Assembly (NCBI GenBank): GCA_963815375.1 | Contig: CAWFGX010000003.1 | Location: forward strand, 6,182-70,181 | Direction of reading: 5' to 3' | Length of the DNA stretch: 64,000 nucleotides | Source: an uncultured Actinomycetota bacterium | GTDB lineage: Bacteria; Actinomycetota; Actinomycetes; Streptosporangiales; Streptosporangiaceae | Shown here: positions 37,891 to 48,500 of the stretch, one piece after another | How the letters are laid out: every line of letters starts with the position of its first letter | How positions within the stretch are numbered: the stretch's first letter is position 1 | Made by a program: the position numbers and the translations under genes | Notes under the pieces: generated by a model | Seen by the model: only the letters and a program-made list of their open reading frames with translations | Told to the model about the DNA's origin: nothing | The model's database searches: none

Positions 37891-38598
37891 CTAACGGACC
37901 CCGTGGGGACGGAACTGCACGCTGATCCTGGGGCCGACAGGACGCGATGTCTTGGGCACGGCATGCTCCCATGTGCGCTGGCAGGAGCCGCCCATCACGA
38001 GCAGGTCGCCGTGACCGAGCTCGTTCCGCAGTGTCTGCCCGGGGGGACGACCCCCCGGAGCCCCCCGAGAAGCCGGCGGCCCGGCCCTGGAAACCAGGCC
38101 GGGCTGTCGGGATCGCCCGCCGCCACGCGGGCGCAGCAGCAGTGACCGCGGCTCGCCAAGCGAGATGATCGCCACCATGGTGTCCTCGGTGCTTCCGCGC
38201 CCGATAGTGTCGCCGTGCCAGGCGACGCTATCGCGGCCATCCCGGTACAGGCACAGCCCAGCAGTGCGGAACGGCTCGCCGAGCTCGGCGCCGTAGTGCT
38301 CATCGAGCCTGCGCCTGGCCTCCTCGAGCACCGGATCCGGGAGTGCCTCGTCCTCGTCGAAGAAGCACAGCAGCCTGGGCACGTCGACGACGCGGTCGTA
38401 CATGTGCCGCCGTTCCGCGCGCCACGGCACCACCTGGAGCAGCCGCTCGAACAGCGCGTCCGCGCCCGCGATCCAGCCCGGCCGCAGGTCGATCCACGCG
38501 CCCCGGTCCAGCTCAGTGCGCTGCACCGCCGGGCCGAGCTCCCCCGGGCCCGTCTCGTCGCAGATGTCCAGCAGCGACCCCTGGAACTCGCTCGTCAT
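37891..38598 (-). CDS. alkB: Alpha-ketoglutarate/Fe(II)-dependent dioxygenase AlkB
   Basis: CLYRDGRDSVAWHGD (HxD), LGHGDLLVMGGSCQRTWEHAVPK and RISVQFR. It carries a Pro/Gly/Arg-rich insert of about 22-30 aa. Confidence 0.85.
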   Translation of the reverse strand: MTSEFQGSLLDICDETGPGELGPAVQRTELDRGAWIDLRPGWIAGADALFERLLQVVPWRAERRHMYDRVVDVPRLLCFFDEDEALPDPVLEEARRRLDEHYGAELGEPFRTAGLCLYRDGRDSVAWHGDTIGRGSTEDTMVAIISLGEPRSLLLRPRGGGRSRQPGLVSRAGPPASRGAPGGRPPGQTLRNELGHGDLLVMGGSCQRTWEHAVPKTSRPVGPRISVQFRPHGVR

Positions 38599-38649
38599 AG
38601 TTCAAGACTAGGTGAGCCGTCAAACAGCTATTCGATATACAGTCCCTGC

Positions 38650-41187
38650 TCACTCCAGGGGCTCGCGGGTGATGCCGGACGGCTCCCGCCCGGCCAGCAG
38701 CCAGCCTCCGGCTGCGGCGATGGCTGGCAGCCCCATGAGGATGAGGATCAGGTCGAGCGCGGGAACGTGGTTCAGGCGCTCGCTGAGCTGGCCTCTGAAA
38801 TAGGCGACGGCGGCGAGGTAGGCGACGGCGGTGCCGACGAGCGCGCCGAGCAGGCCGAGGGCCGCGGCGGTGGCCGCAGTGATGGCGCGGCGGGTCCTGG
38901 CCGTGGCTCCGGTGGCGGTGAGGATTCTCAGGTCGGCGGCGGTTTCGCTGCGGACCAGCCCGACGGTCAGTGCCAGCACGCCGAGGGCAAGCATGATGCC
39001 CGCTTCGGTGGCCCAGGCGTCGAGCTGGGACAGCGACACGTTGCCGTTCTTGGTCTGGATTGTGAGCCCGAGCGCTTCGGCGCGCTGGCGGATGCCGTTG
39101 ATCTGCGCAGCCGTCAGCGGCTGCGAGGCCTGGATGAGCCAGGCGGCCGGGTAGGGATGCAGGTGGTACCTGCTGACGGCGTAGGCGGTGACGACGAGGT
39201 TCGGGTCCGCCAGGCCGGCCGGCAGCCTGTCCAGCGTCTGGATGGAAGGGCTGGCGATGCAGCTGGCCGGCGGGCATGCGTTGCTGAAGGAGCAGCCGAA
39301 CGGAAGCTGGAGCGCGGACGCACTGGCGAGGCCGGCCCGGGAGGTGAGCAGGATCGCCCCTTGTTCGACCTGGCTGGCCTTGATGCCGTAGTGGGCGAGC
39401 AGTCCGGGGGTAGCGACATATGGCGGGCCGACGTCGGTACCGCCGTTGGTGGTCTGGAGCAGCAGCCCGGTCGCCGATTCGAGCGTCAGCACGTTGCTGG
39501 TCCCCAGGGCGGCGGCGATGGTGTCCACGCCGGCCCGGTCGCGGCGCAGCGCGGCGGCTGCCGGGTGCTGCTCACCAGCGGAGGCGCACAGGTCCCGGGT
39601 GAGCCCGGCGGCTGCGGCGCCGGCGGATGTGTAGACGACGACCTGATCCGATGGCAGGTTCGGCCCGAAGTAGTCGACGGCGCTGGAGTAGCGGGCGGCG
39701 GCGAACAGGCAGATCAGCACTGCGATCAGGACGGTGACGCTGATCGCCGACAGGGCCGCACCCGAGCGGGCCCGGTAGCGGGCCAGGTCGCGCACTGCGA
39801 GCCGGACGGCGACCGGTGCGCGGCGCCCCATCGCGGCCAGGACGCCGATGCAGAGCGGGCCTGCGAGCACGCTGCCCAGAACCACCGCCACCAGCCCGCC
39901 GAGCAGGTGCAGGGTGTCGCTGCGGCCGGTGGCGCCCCAGCCGCCTGCATAGGCGAGCAGGTAGGCGCCGCCCGCGAGCAAGACCAGCCCCGGGACCGCA
40001 GTCCGGCGCGCCGGCCGGGGACGGGGCGCCCGGCCCGACAGCGCGGCGGCGACCGGGATCCGGGCTATCGCACGTGCCGGACGGCGGGCCGCCCGCGTCG
40101 CGGTCAGCACGGCGAACGCCATGACGACGGCGATCACAAGCCACGGCAGGTTCAGCACATCGACCCGGTGCCCGGCACTGGCCTGCAGGCGCGGCGCGTA
40201 TGCGATCCACAGCAGCAGGCCGGTCACGGCCCCGGTGAGGGTTGCGACCGCGCCGACGATCGCGCCATTTGCGACCATGACCAGCCGGATATGCCGGTCG
40301 GTGGCGCCCAGCGCACCGACCATGCCGAGCGCCCGGAGCCGGCGCTGAGCCAGCACTGTGAAGCCGGCGACCGCGATCAGGCCCGTGAACAGCAGCCCGA
40401 AGATCGCCAGGACTCCCACGACGACCGCGGGGCTGAATCCGCCCCCTCCCGGCGCTGGCGTTTGCAGCGTCGCCTGCCCTGGAAGGTGGAAGGCGGCCAC
40501 TCTGGAAGGAGCGGCGTCGAAAAGGATCGTGACCGAATCAGGGGCGGGCAGCCGCCCAGGGGCGACGAGGGCGAACTCGTCAAGCAGGTTGTCAGGGTTC
40601 TCCACGATGCCAGTGACCTGCCAGACACGCCCGGCGGCATGCCACTGTCCCCCGGTGCTGACGTCATAGAGGGAAGCCACCTGCGGTGTCACTGCGACCT
40701 GGCCTGGGCCAGCCGGATACCGGCCCGCGACCAGCGACAGCGTGGAGGGCCCGAACGGGCCGTCGGGGTCCTCGGCCCGCAGCGCGACCGGGGTCAACGA
40801 GCCCGTAGTGATGTTCTCCTGCTCCACCGCCTGAACCGGCCTGTTCTCCGGCGCGCGATGCGTCCTGGAGTAGGCGGCACCCGCGGTGGAGAAATAGGAG
40901 GTGATCGAAGCGATGTCGGCGGCAAGACGGGGGTCGCTGCCGGGAAGGGTGATCGCGTACTGCGCGCCGCCGAGATCGGCGTCCTTGGGCGGCGGCGCGT
41001 TGGTGGCAATGCCCGCTCCAAGGATGGTGGCCGCCACCGCGACGGTGATCAGGGAGAGGACCAGCAGCTGCTGGCGCCACTCCCGGCGGAACAGCCGCCA
41101 CGCCCACCCGGCGATCGCACGCCGGGCAGGGACGCCGCCGTTTGCCGGGCGCCGCAGTCTGGCGGGCACAGGCGCTGCCGCGGTCAC
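38650..41187 (-). CDS. ABC transporter permease with two FtsX domains (MacB/BceB-like)
   Basis: About 845 aa with two 4-TM FtsX-type blocks separated by large extracytoplasmic regions. The GTG start shares GTGA with the ATPase stop at 41184-41187. Confidence 0.8.
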   Translation of the reverse strand: MTAAAPVPARLRRPANGGVPARRAIAGWAWRLFRREWRQQLLVLSLITVAVAATILGAGIATNAPPPKDADLGGAQYAITLPGSDPRLAADIASITSYFSTAGAAYSRTHRAPENRPVQAVEQENITTGSLTPVALRAEDPDGPFGPSTLSLVAGRYPAGPGQVAVTPQVASLYDVSTGGQWHAAGRVWQVTGIVENPDNLLDEFALVAPGRLPAPDSVTILFDAAPSRVAAFHLPGQATLQTPAPGGGGFSPAVVVGVLAIFGLLFTGLIAVAGFTVLAQRRLRALGMVGALGATDRHIRLVMVANGAIVGAVATLTGAVTGLLLWIAYAPRLQASAGHRVDVLNLPWLVIAVVMAFAVLTATRAARRPARAIARIPVAAALSGRAPRPRPARRTAVPGLVLLAGGAYLLAYAGGWGATGRSDTLHLLGGLVAVVLGSVLAGPLCIGVLAAMGRRAPVAVRLAVRDLARYRARSGAALSAISVTVLIAVLICLFAAARYSSAVDYFGPNLPSDQVVVYTSAGAAAAGLTRDLCASAGEQHPAAAALRRDRAGVDTIAAALGTSNVLTLESATGLLLQTTNGGTDVGPPYVATPGLLAHYGIKASQVEQGAILLTSRAGLASASALQLPFGCSFSNACPPASCIASPSIQTLDRLPAGLADPNLVVTAYAVSRYHLHPYPAAWLIQASQPLTAAQINGIRQRAEALGLTIQTKNGNVSLSQLDAWATEAGIMLALGVLALTVGLVRSETAADLRILTATGATARTRRAITAATAAALGLLGALVGTAVAYLAAVAYFRGQLSERLNHVPALDLILILMGLPAIAAAGGWLLAGREPSGITREPLE

Positions 41188-41906
41188 CGGTTCTCCCCCG
41201 TGGGCACATCGCTGGGCGTGACAGCCTTGCCGCTGGCCTGGCTGACGAGGTGACCGTCGCTGATGGCGACGATCCAGCTGGCCCATGCCGCCAGGTGCGC
41301 GTCATGGGTGACGACGACGGCGGCGACGCCCCGGTCACACGCGGCCCGGACGAGGTCCATAACCGCCTCAGCGTTGGCCGCGTCGAGAGCGCCGGAAGGC
41401 TCGTCGGCCAGGAGCAGCCGCCGTTCTCCCACGACAGCACGGGCGATGGAGACGCGCTGGCGTTCGCCGCCCGACAGCTGGTCCGGGTAGTTCCCGGCCC
41501 GGCTGGCCAGGCCAAGCTGTTCCAGCGCGGCCATCCCCGCTGCCCGCGCCTTCCGCGCCGGGACGCCGTCGAGTTCCAGCGGCAGCGACACGTTCTCCGC
41601 TGCGGTGAGCCCGGCGAGCAGGTTGTAATCCTGGAAGACATAGCCGATGACGCGGCGCCGCAGCCGCGCCCTTCCGTTACGGGACATCCGGGAAAGCGAT
41701 GCCCCGTCGACGAGCACGTCGCCCTCGTCCGGCTCCTCCAGGCCGCCAGCGATCGTGAGCAGGGTCGACTTTCCCGCCCCGCTCGGCCCCATTACCGCCA
41801 CCATCGTGCCGGTCTCCACGGACAGGGTCACGTCGGTGAGGGCCGTCACCGCCGCGGGGCGCTGGCCGAAAGACTTTGAGACGTTGAGCAACTCAAGTAC
41901 GGTCAT
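41184..41906 (-). CDS. ABC transporter ATP-binding protein (MacB/LolD-type)
   Basis: Walker A GPSGAGKST, signature LSGGERQRV and Walker B LLLADEPSGALD. Confidence 0.9.
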   Translation of the reverse strand: MTVLELLNVSKSFGQRPAAVTALTDVTLSVETGTMVAVMGPSGAGKSTLLTIAGGLEEPDEGDVLVDGASLSRMSRNGRARLRRRVIGYVFQDYNLLAGLTAAENVSLPLELDGVPARKARAAGMAALEQLGLASRAGNYPDQLSGGERQRVSIARAVVGERRLLLADEPSGALDAANAEAVMDLVRAACDRGVAAVVVTHDAHLAAWASWIVAISDGHLVSQASGKAVTPSDVPTGENR

Positions 41907-42041
41907 GGCTCCTAAGCGTGCGGCGGGCGCAAGCCGGTATCGATCGGCCGCGTACCCGACTTGGGGGTTCGGCTAGCCCCACCGCTGGGCACGTGCATCC
42001 ACCAGGGTCATCGCCGCCGCCGCCCGAATATCGTTGCCGGT

Positions 42042-43388
42042 GTGAACCGCAAGGAAGGCGGCGAGCAGGGTCAGAACACCGCAGACCCGCACTGGCGAGG
42101 CCGACTGCGGTCGGCTGTGGGCACTGGCGTCATCGCCTCAGCCCTCGGGCTGGCCCTATGCGGACTGGCGCTGGCCAGTGCCGGGCTGGCATTGGCGCTG
42201 ATCGCACCGGTAGTCTTCCTCGGCCTTAGTGTCGGGTTCCTGCTGAATCCTCCGCCGGTGGAGCCGGCCATCCTGAGAGCGGTTCCGGTCGCCGGGCTCG
42301 TCGTGAGTCTGATGCTCTTCCCGTCCGTCCTGCTCGTCATGCGGCGGCTGGCGAACCGGGCCAGGCGGCGCGCCGGAGCATGGTGCGGCATGCCGATCGC
42401 CGAGCCGTACCGGCCGGCCCCGGATAGCGCGAAAGCCAGCAGTCGGGTCCGGCTGAGATGGATGCTTACTGACCCAGCGACCTGGCGCGACGCGGCCTGG
42501 ACCTTGGTGAGCGCTGGCGCTGGCTGGCTGCTGGCCGCACCCGCGGCGCTCGCCGCCTATGGTCTGATCGGCCTGGCCGCGGGCCGCGCTGTGCCCCAGC
42601 TTGCGCTCCCGCCGCCCGCCATGCTGAAGAGCGCGCCTGCAGACGTCCTGATCCCAGCAGGCGCCGCGCTCGCTGCGGCTGGCTTTCTGGCAGCCCCGTG
42701 GCTGCTGCGCGGCTACGGCCAGGCAGCCCGCTCCCTGCTCGCGCCGACCAGCCGGGCCGAGATAGGCCGACTGGCCGAAGCCCGCTCCCAGGCGGTCATC
42801 GCCGCCGAGGCCGAACGGCGCCGCATCGAACGGGATCTCCACGACGGACTCCAGCCACTGCTCGTGTCACTGGCGGTCGATCTCGGCATTGCCGAGGCCC
42901 GGTTCAGCAAGGACCCCGACGGCTCCCGCACGCTCCTGGCCCGCGCTCATGCGGACGCCAAGACCGCGATCGAGGAACTGCGCAGCATCGTGCGCGGCAT
43001 CCACCCGTCGGTGCTCGACGGACGCGGGCTCGACGCCGCCCTCTCCGCGCTGATCGCCAGCTGCCCGGTCCCGGTCAGCCTGCACGTCGACCTCCCCATG
43101 CGCCTCGATCCGAGCCGGGAGGCAGCGGCCTACTACGTCGCCGCGGAGGCCATCACTAACATCGCCAAGCACGCCAATAGCCGGAGTGCCACGGTCACGG
43201 TCGGAGCCGATGATCACAGCCTGGGCGTCGTGATCGAAGACGACGGCTGTGGCGGGGCCCGCTTCGAGCCGGGCGGCGGCCTGGCCGGGCTCGCCGCGCG
43301 GATCAGGTCCATCGATGGCACCTTCGCCGTGTCCAGCCCGCCCGGCGGTCCCACCCGGGTCGAGGCGGTGATCCCATGCGAGCGGTGA
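42042..43388 (+). CDS. Sensor histidine kinase (HisKA_3, NarL-partner type)
   Basis: TM-rich N-terminus, H-box RRIERDLHDGLQ and an HATPase_c region (IEDDGCGG). The start is uncertain, and the maximal ORF begins at 41961. Confidence 0.85.
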   Translation: MNRKEGGEQGQNTADPHWRGRLRSAVGTGVIASALGLALCGLALASAGLALALIAPVVFLGLSVGFLLNPPPVEPAILRAVPVAGLVVSLMLFPSVLLVMRRLANRARRRAGAWCGMPIAEPYRPAPDSAKASSRVRLRWMLTDPATWRDAAWTLVSAGAGWLLAAPAALAAYGLIGLAAGRAVPQLALPPPAMLKSAPADVLIPAGAALAAAGFLAAPWLLRGYGQAARSLLAPTSRAEIGRLAEARSQAVIAAEAERRRIERDLHDGLQPLLVSLAVDLGIAEARFSKDPDGSRTLLARAHADAKTAIEELRSIVRGIHPSVLDGRGLDAALSALIASCPVPVSLHVDLPMRLDPSREAAAYYVAAEAITNIAKHANSRSATVTVGADDHSLGVVIEDDGCGGARFEPGGGLAGLAARIRSIDGTFAVSSPPGGPTRVEAVIPCER

Positions 43389-44023
43389 TCGCCGACGACA
43401 GCGTCCTGATGCGCGAGGGCATCACCCGCATCCTCGCCGAAGGCGACATCGACGTGGTCGCGGGGGTCGGCGACGCCCCATCGCTGCTGGAGGCCGTCGA
43501 GAACTGCCAGCCGGATCTGGCCATCATCGACGTCCGGATGCCTCCCGGCTACATCGACGAAGGTCTCCGGGCGGCCATCGAGATCCGGCACCGCTGGCCG
43601 GCAGTCGCCCTTGTCGTGCTCTCGCAGTTCGTCGAGGAGCGCTACGCCAGGGAACTCCTGGCCGAGAACGCCGGCAAGATCGGGTACCTGCTGAAGGACC
43701 GGATATCCGACGTCGGGCAGTTCATCGAGGCACTCCAGCGAGTCGCCGAGGGCGGCACCGCGCTCGACCCGCAGGTTGTACGGCAGCTGCTGGCCCGCAG
43801 CCGCAAATCCGACCCATTCCAGCGGCTCACCCCACGGGAGACCGAAGTGCTGTCGCTTATGGCCGAGGGCCGGTCGAACGCTGCCATAGCCGACGCCCTT
43901 GTGATCTCGGCCCGCGCTGTGGAAAAGCACATCGCGAGCATCTTCCTGCGGCTGGACCTTCCGCCCGGCGCCGATCAATACCACCGCCGCGTCATGGCAG
44001 TCGTGCGCTACCTGAACTCGTAG
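43376..44023 (+). CDS. Response regulator, NarL/LuxR family
   Basis: REC domain (VIADDSVLMREG ... DLAIIDVRMPP) plus a LuxR HTH (LTPRETEVLSLMAEGRSNAAIA). It overlaps the kinase stop. Confidence 0.9.
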   Translation: MRAVIADDSVLMREGITRILAEGDIDVVAGVGDAPSLLEAVENCQPDLAIIDVRMPPGYIDEGLRAAIEIRHRWPAVALVVLSQFVEERYARELLAENAGKIGYLLKDRISDVGQFIEALQRVAEGGTALDPQVVRQLLARSRKSDPFQRLTPRETEVLSLMAEGRSNAAIADALVISARAVEKHIASIFLRLDLPPGADQYHRRVMAVVRYLNS

Positions 44024-44126
44024 AACGGCCATGAGAAGAGGGCTAGCTGCCATCTCATGGTGGGGTCAGCCCACCTATCGTTCGGGCGGGTCGCCCGATC
44101 GATAGGCCGCAGGAGCGCTGCCACGC

Positions 44127-45467
44127 TTGAGATCCATGACACCAGCCAGCATGATCAAATTCGTGGCGGCATCCGTGACCGCCGTAGGCATGTTCATGGC
44201 GGCCACTGCGCCCGGCCCAGCCCTGGCCAGCACGGCCCCCGCCGGCACAGCCGCCTCGGGCACCGGCGACTGCGACTCAGTGACGACCTGTTACACCCCT
44301 GGCCAGTTCCGGGTGGCTTACGGCATCCAGCCGCTCACCAGCCGCGGGATCGACGGCCGAGGTGAGACCGTGGTCATCCCCGCGCTCGCCGAGTCGCAGC
44401 CGAACCCACCTGTTGTCAGCGACCTGCGCCAGGACATGGCCGGCTTCGACCGGCTGTTCCGCCTGCCCGCCCCCCGGATGCAGGTAGTGACCAGCCTGGC
44501 CGGGCCGGCCTCGCCCTGGCTGTCGTACGGCGAGGAGACGCTGGATGCCGAGATGGTGCACGCGATCGCCCCCGGCGCCAGCATCACGATCGTGCTGCTG
44601 AAACCAGCCGACCTGACGACCCCGGCGGCCTTCGCCGCGGCCCTGACCGCAATGCTGAAGATCGGCATCGCCCATGGTGACGTGATCTCGATCAGCGCAG
44701 GCATGGGAGAGCACTGTTTCACCAGCGCCGAGACGGCCAGCCTGCACGCGGCGCTGCAGCAGGCGGCCAGCCGGCACATCACCGTGGTCGCCGGCACAGG
44801 TGATATCGGCCCCGTGGGCGAGCCCTGCGACGAACTCGACCTGGTCAACGGCACCAAGTTTCCCCTTGTCAGGGAGGCCACCCTCCCTGCGTCTGACCCT
44901 CTCGTGCTGGCCGCGGGCGGCACGACGCTGGACGCCAGCCATCAGACCGGCGCTTACGATGGCGAGACCGTCTGGGGCCTGCCCTACGGCACTCCCGGAA
45001 CGGCGTTCCAGGCATCCGGGGGCGGGTACAGCCACGTGTTTGCCCGTCCCGGCTACCAGGACGCCCTGGTCGCCGGGACAGCCCGGGGCGTACCCGACGT
45101 GTCCGCCGACGCCAATGGGCACACCGGCATGGCCCTGGTGATCAGCAACGGCAGCGGCGGCTACACGATCAGCGACAGCGGCGGCACCAGCGCGGCCACG
45201 CCGTTCTGGGCCGGGGTGATCGCCCTGGCCGACCAGTACGCTGGCCACGACCTGGGCTTCGTCAACCCGGCCCTCTACCGGATCGCCAGCACCGCGTTCT
45301 ACCGCACCGCCTTCCACGACGTCACCGCGGGCAGCAACACGGTGAAATTCCCGCCCCAGGTCTTCACCGGATACCAGGCCGCGCGCGGCTGGGACCCTGT
45401 CACGGGCCTGGGCAGCCCCGACGGGCAGGTACTCGTCCCGCTGCTCGCGCGCTGCGCATCGCGCTAG
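44127..45467 (+). CDS. Secreted S53 (sedolisin/kumamolisin-like) serine peptidase
   Basis: Signal peptide, pro-domain-like N-terminus, EETLDAEMVHAIAPGA and the catalytic-Ser motif SGGTSAATPFWAG. Confidence 0.8.
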   Translation: MRSMTPASMIKFVAASVTAVGMFMAATAPGPALASTAPAGTAASGTGDCDSVTTCYTPGQFRVAYGIQPLTSRGIDGRGETVVIPALAESQPNPPVVSDLRQDMAGFDRLFRLPAPRMQVVTSLAGPASPWLSYGEETLDAEMVHAIAPGASITIVLLKPADLTTPAAFAAALTAMLKIGIAHGDVISISAGMGEHCFTSAETASLHAALQQAASRHITVVAGTGDIGPVGEPCDELDLVNGTKFPLVREATLPASDPLVLAAGGTTLDASHQTGAYDGETVWGLPYGTPGTAFQASGGGYSHVFARPGYQDALVAGTARGVPDVSADANGHTGMALVISNGSGGYTISDSGGTSAATPFWAGVIALADQYAGHDLGFVNPALYRIASTAFYRTAFHDVTAGSNTVKFPPQVFTGYQAARGWDPVTGLGSPDGQVLVPLLARCASR

Positions 45468-45553
45468 CCGCTGCGCTGTGTTTCCACACGCTTCACTGTG
45501 TGCTTCTACCCGCTGCGCTGTGTGCTTCTACCGGCTGCGCTGTGTCTCCAGCC
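45468..45553. repeat. Four degenerate tandem copies of a roughly 22-nt unit (GCTGCGCTGTGTGCTTCTACC), ending in a hairpin
   Basis: Copies begin at about 45468, 45489, 45511 and 45533. GCTGCGCTG (45535-45543) pairs with CAGCGCAGC (45555-45563). The array lies between two convergent genes and overlaps the last codons of the LAL gene. Confidence 0.6.
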
Positions 45554-48500
45554 GCAGCGCAGCGGGCGCGGGCAGGCCGATGCCCTGGGCGTGGGCCATA
45601 GCCGCGGCCTCGGTGCGGCTCGAAACGCCGAGCTTGGCCAGGATGTTCGAGACGTGCACGCTAGCCGTCTTCGTCGCGATGAACAGCTCGGCGCCGATCT
45701 CCTTGTTGCTGTGCCCGGCCGCGAGCAGCCGGAGCACTTCGACCTCGCGGTCGGTCAGCCCGGCCAGCGGACTGCGCGACGCCGCCCCGCCCGGCTGGGC
45801 CCGGCCGGCCGCCCCGGGCACCTGGCCGTCGGCCAGCCGGGCCCTCCGGGCCAGGTCGCTCAGGGCCCGGCGCAGCGGACGGGCGCGGAGGCGCTCGGCA
45901 ACCTCGGCCGCAGCGAGCAGTTCCCGCTGGGCCTCGTCACGGCGGCCGGCCTCAGCCAGGGCCTCGGCCAGCCGCCAGCGTGACCGGGCCGTCTCGTAGA
46001 CGAATCCGGGCGCGAACGCGTCGACCACCGACTGCCATGCGGCCGGGTCGTTGTCGCCGCGGGCCCGGCGCCATTCCGCTTCGGCCCGGGCGAGCCAGCC
46101 GCGCCCCTCCACCCCGACCACGAAGCTCGGGTGCCGCTGGTAGGCAGAGCCCTCCCTGGCGACGTTCACGAGGACCTCGGCCTGCTCGATCGTTGCCCGG
46201 ACCCGGTCAGCATCGCCGGCCGCGCGGGCGTGCCAGGCCTGGTCGGCGAGAACACTGAGCCCGACCGCAGCCGGCCTGATCACCCGCGGGGCGTAACCGT
46301 CCTCCCACGCCCCGATCGCCCGCACGGTCGCCTCGATCTCGGCCAGCGCCGTCTGCAGCTCACCGCGCCAGAGCGCGTGCTCGGCGAAAAGGCCGCGGGC
46401 GATGTACTCGGTGAACGGGTCCCGGCTGAAGAACGGCTGCAGCCACGTGCGGCGCTCGGCGACAGCCGGGGTGTCCCTGCCGACGTCTATGAACAGCGCC
46501 ATGGCCGACAGCCGGGCCTCGGGTTCGCTGGTGACCCTGGTCGCGAAACCGTCGGCGAGCTCCTGCGCGTGATCCCAGTCGCCGCCGGCGTAATGGGCCA
46601 GGTAGTGGAGGTACTGCAGGTCGTAGCCATACGGCGCCAGGCTGAGGCCCGCCTGCTCGGCGCGCAGCCCCGCCAGGTGCGCTGTCGCACTCGCGGCGTT
46701 CAGGTCCCCCGTCTCGAGCTGCATCCTGGCCAGCTGGAACGCTGCCCGCAGCTCCACGCCGAGCATGTCGCCGCTGCGGGCCTGCTCGAACGCCTTTGTG
46801 AACAGGTTGATGGTCTCGCTGACATGGCCGCCCCGCTCGCTGACCTGGCCCAGCGTCACCAGCGCGTCCGCCTCAACCCAGGGTGCGCCCGCCGCGGCGG
46901 CGGCAGCGATGGCCTCCTCGGCTCGGGCCCGCGCGGGTTCCTCGCCTTTCAGCGTCAGCAGCGTCCGGGCGTGGGTGGCCAGGGCGCGCGCCCGCTCCCA
47001 GGTTGGCGGCTGCTCGGGCAGCACGTTCACGGCTGCCTCGGCGGTGGTGATCGCTTCTTCGTCTTCGTCGAGGTCGAGGAGGAAATAGGCGAGGCGCTCG
47101 CAGGCCCGGCAGACCAGCTTGGGCGCGACCGCACCCTCACCGCCGTAGTTGAGGAGGCGGCGCATCTGGTGCACGGCCCGGGGGTAGTCCCCGCTGTCGG
47201 CGGCACTGGTCGCTGAACGGAACGCAAGCTCGCCCCGGGTCATCCCGCTCAGGTCCTCAGGCTCGGCGACCCGCTCCCACAGCGACAGGGCCTCGTCGTA
47301 GTGCCTGTGCGCCTCGCCGGGCGCCGCCAGCCGTTCGGACTCCCGGCCGGCCAGCACCGACGCGGCGAATGCTCCGGGAATGTCGTGGCTGGCCAGGCTG
47401 TGATGGGCGAGCTCAGCCGCGGTGCCAGGGACCTCGGCCAGCCGGCGCTCGTCGGCGAGCAGCTCGGCCAGCCGCCCGTGCAGCCGGGTCCGCTCGCCGG
47501 GCAGCAGGTCAGCATAGATGGCCTCGCGCAGCAGTGCGTGCCGGAACGCATACCCGTGCTCGCCGTCCGGCACCAGCAGCTGGTGCGCGACAGCTTCCCG
47601 GACCGCCTCGTCGTACTCCGGTCCGTCCAGGCCAGCGGCCTGCCGGGCGAGTTCGTCGTCGACCCGGCGACCGGTAACAGCAGCGGCCCGCAGTACCTGC
47701 TGGGCGACCTGGGACAGCTCCTCAGTCCGGGCCAGCAGCAAGTCGGCGAGCCTGGCAGGCAGCTGGCCACCGCTGGCGACGCTCGCAAGCAGTTCCTCGG
47801 CGTAGTACGGGTTGCCCTCCGCCCTGATGATCAGGCTATCCAGCATCGCGAGGTCCAGCGGCGCACTGGACAGCGCCGTCAGGTGCTCGGCCATCGCCGA
47901 CGGATCGAGCGGGCCGAGCACGACCGTGGTCACACTCGGCAGGCGGGTCAGCTCCGCGATCACCTGCCGCAGCGGATGGCTGCGGGGCATGTCGTCGGTG
48001 CGGTACGTAGCGACAATCGCGAGCCGCTCGCGGTGCAGCATCCGGCTCAGGAACGTGACCAGGTCGCGGGTGGACCGGTCGGCCCAGTGCAGGTCCTCAA
48101 GTACGAGCAGCACCGGGCTGGCCTCAGCCAGCTCGGACAGCAAGCCCAGGACCGCCCCGAACAGCTGCTGCTGCACCAGCCCCGGGGTATCCCCGCCCGC
48201 CGGGTTGCCTACGCCGGTGTCCGGAAGCAAACGCGACAGCACCGGCCTCGACGCCAGCGCGTCGAGCAGCGGGCCAGCCGCGCGCGGGCCGGCGGTGGCA
48301 TCCCGCAGCGCGTCAGCCAGGGGCAGGTACGGGACCGTGTCCGCCAGCTCGGCGCAGCGGCCGGTCAGCACGGTGAAGCCAGCCTGGCGAGCCTGCTCCG
48401 ACAGCTCGGTCACCAGGCGCGTCTTGCCGAGCCCGGCATCACCGCTGACCAGTGCCACGACCGGCATGCCCGCCGCCGCCTCGTCCAGCAACGCGCGCAG

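Noticed and set aside
38215-41253. A 1012-aa ORF on the + strand, the longest + strand ORF in the track for this region.
   Set aside because: It runs exactly antisense to the FtsX-type permease gene. It is Arg/Gly/Pro/Asp-rich with no motifs. It is the usual stop-free antisense frame of a high-GC gene, whereas the minus-strand product has clear TM and FtsX architecture.
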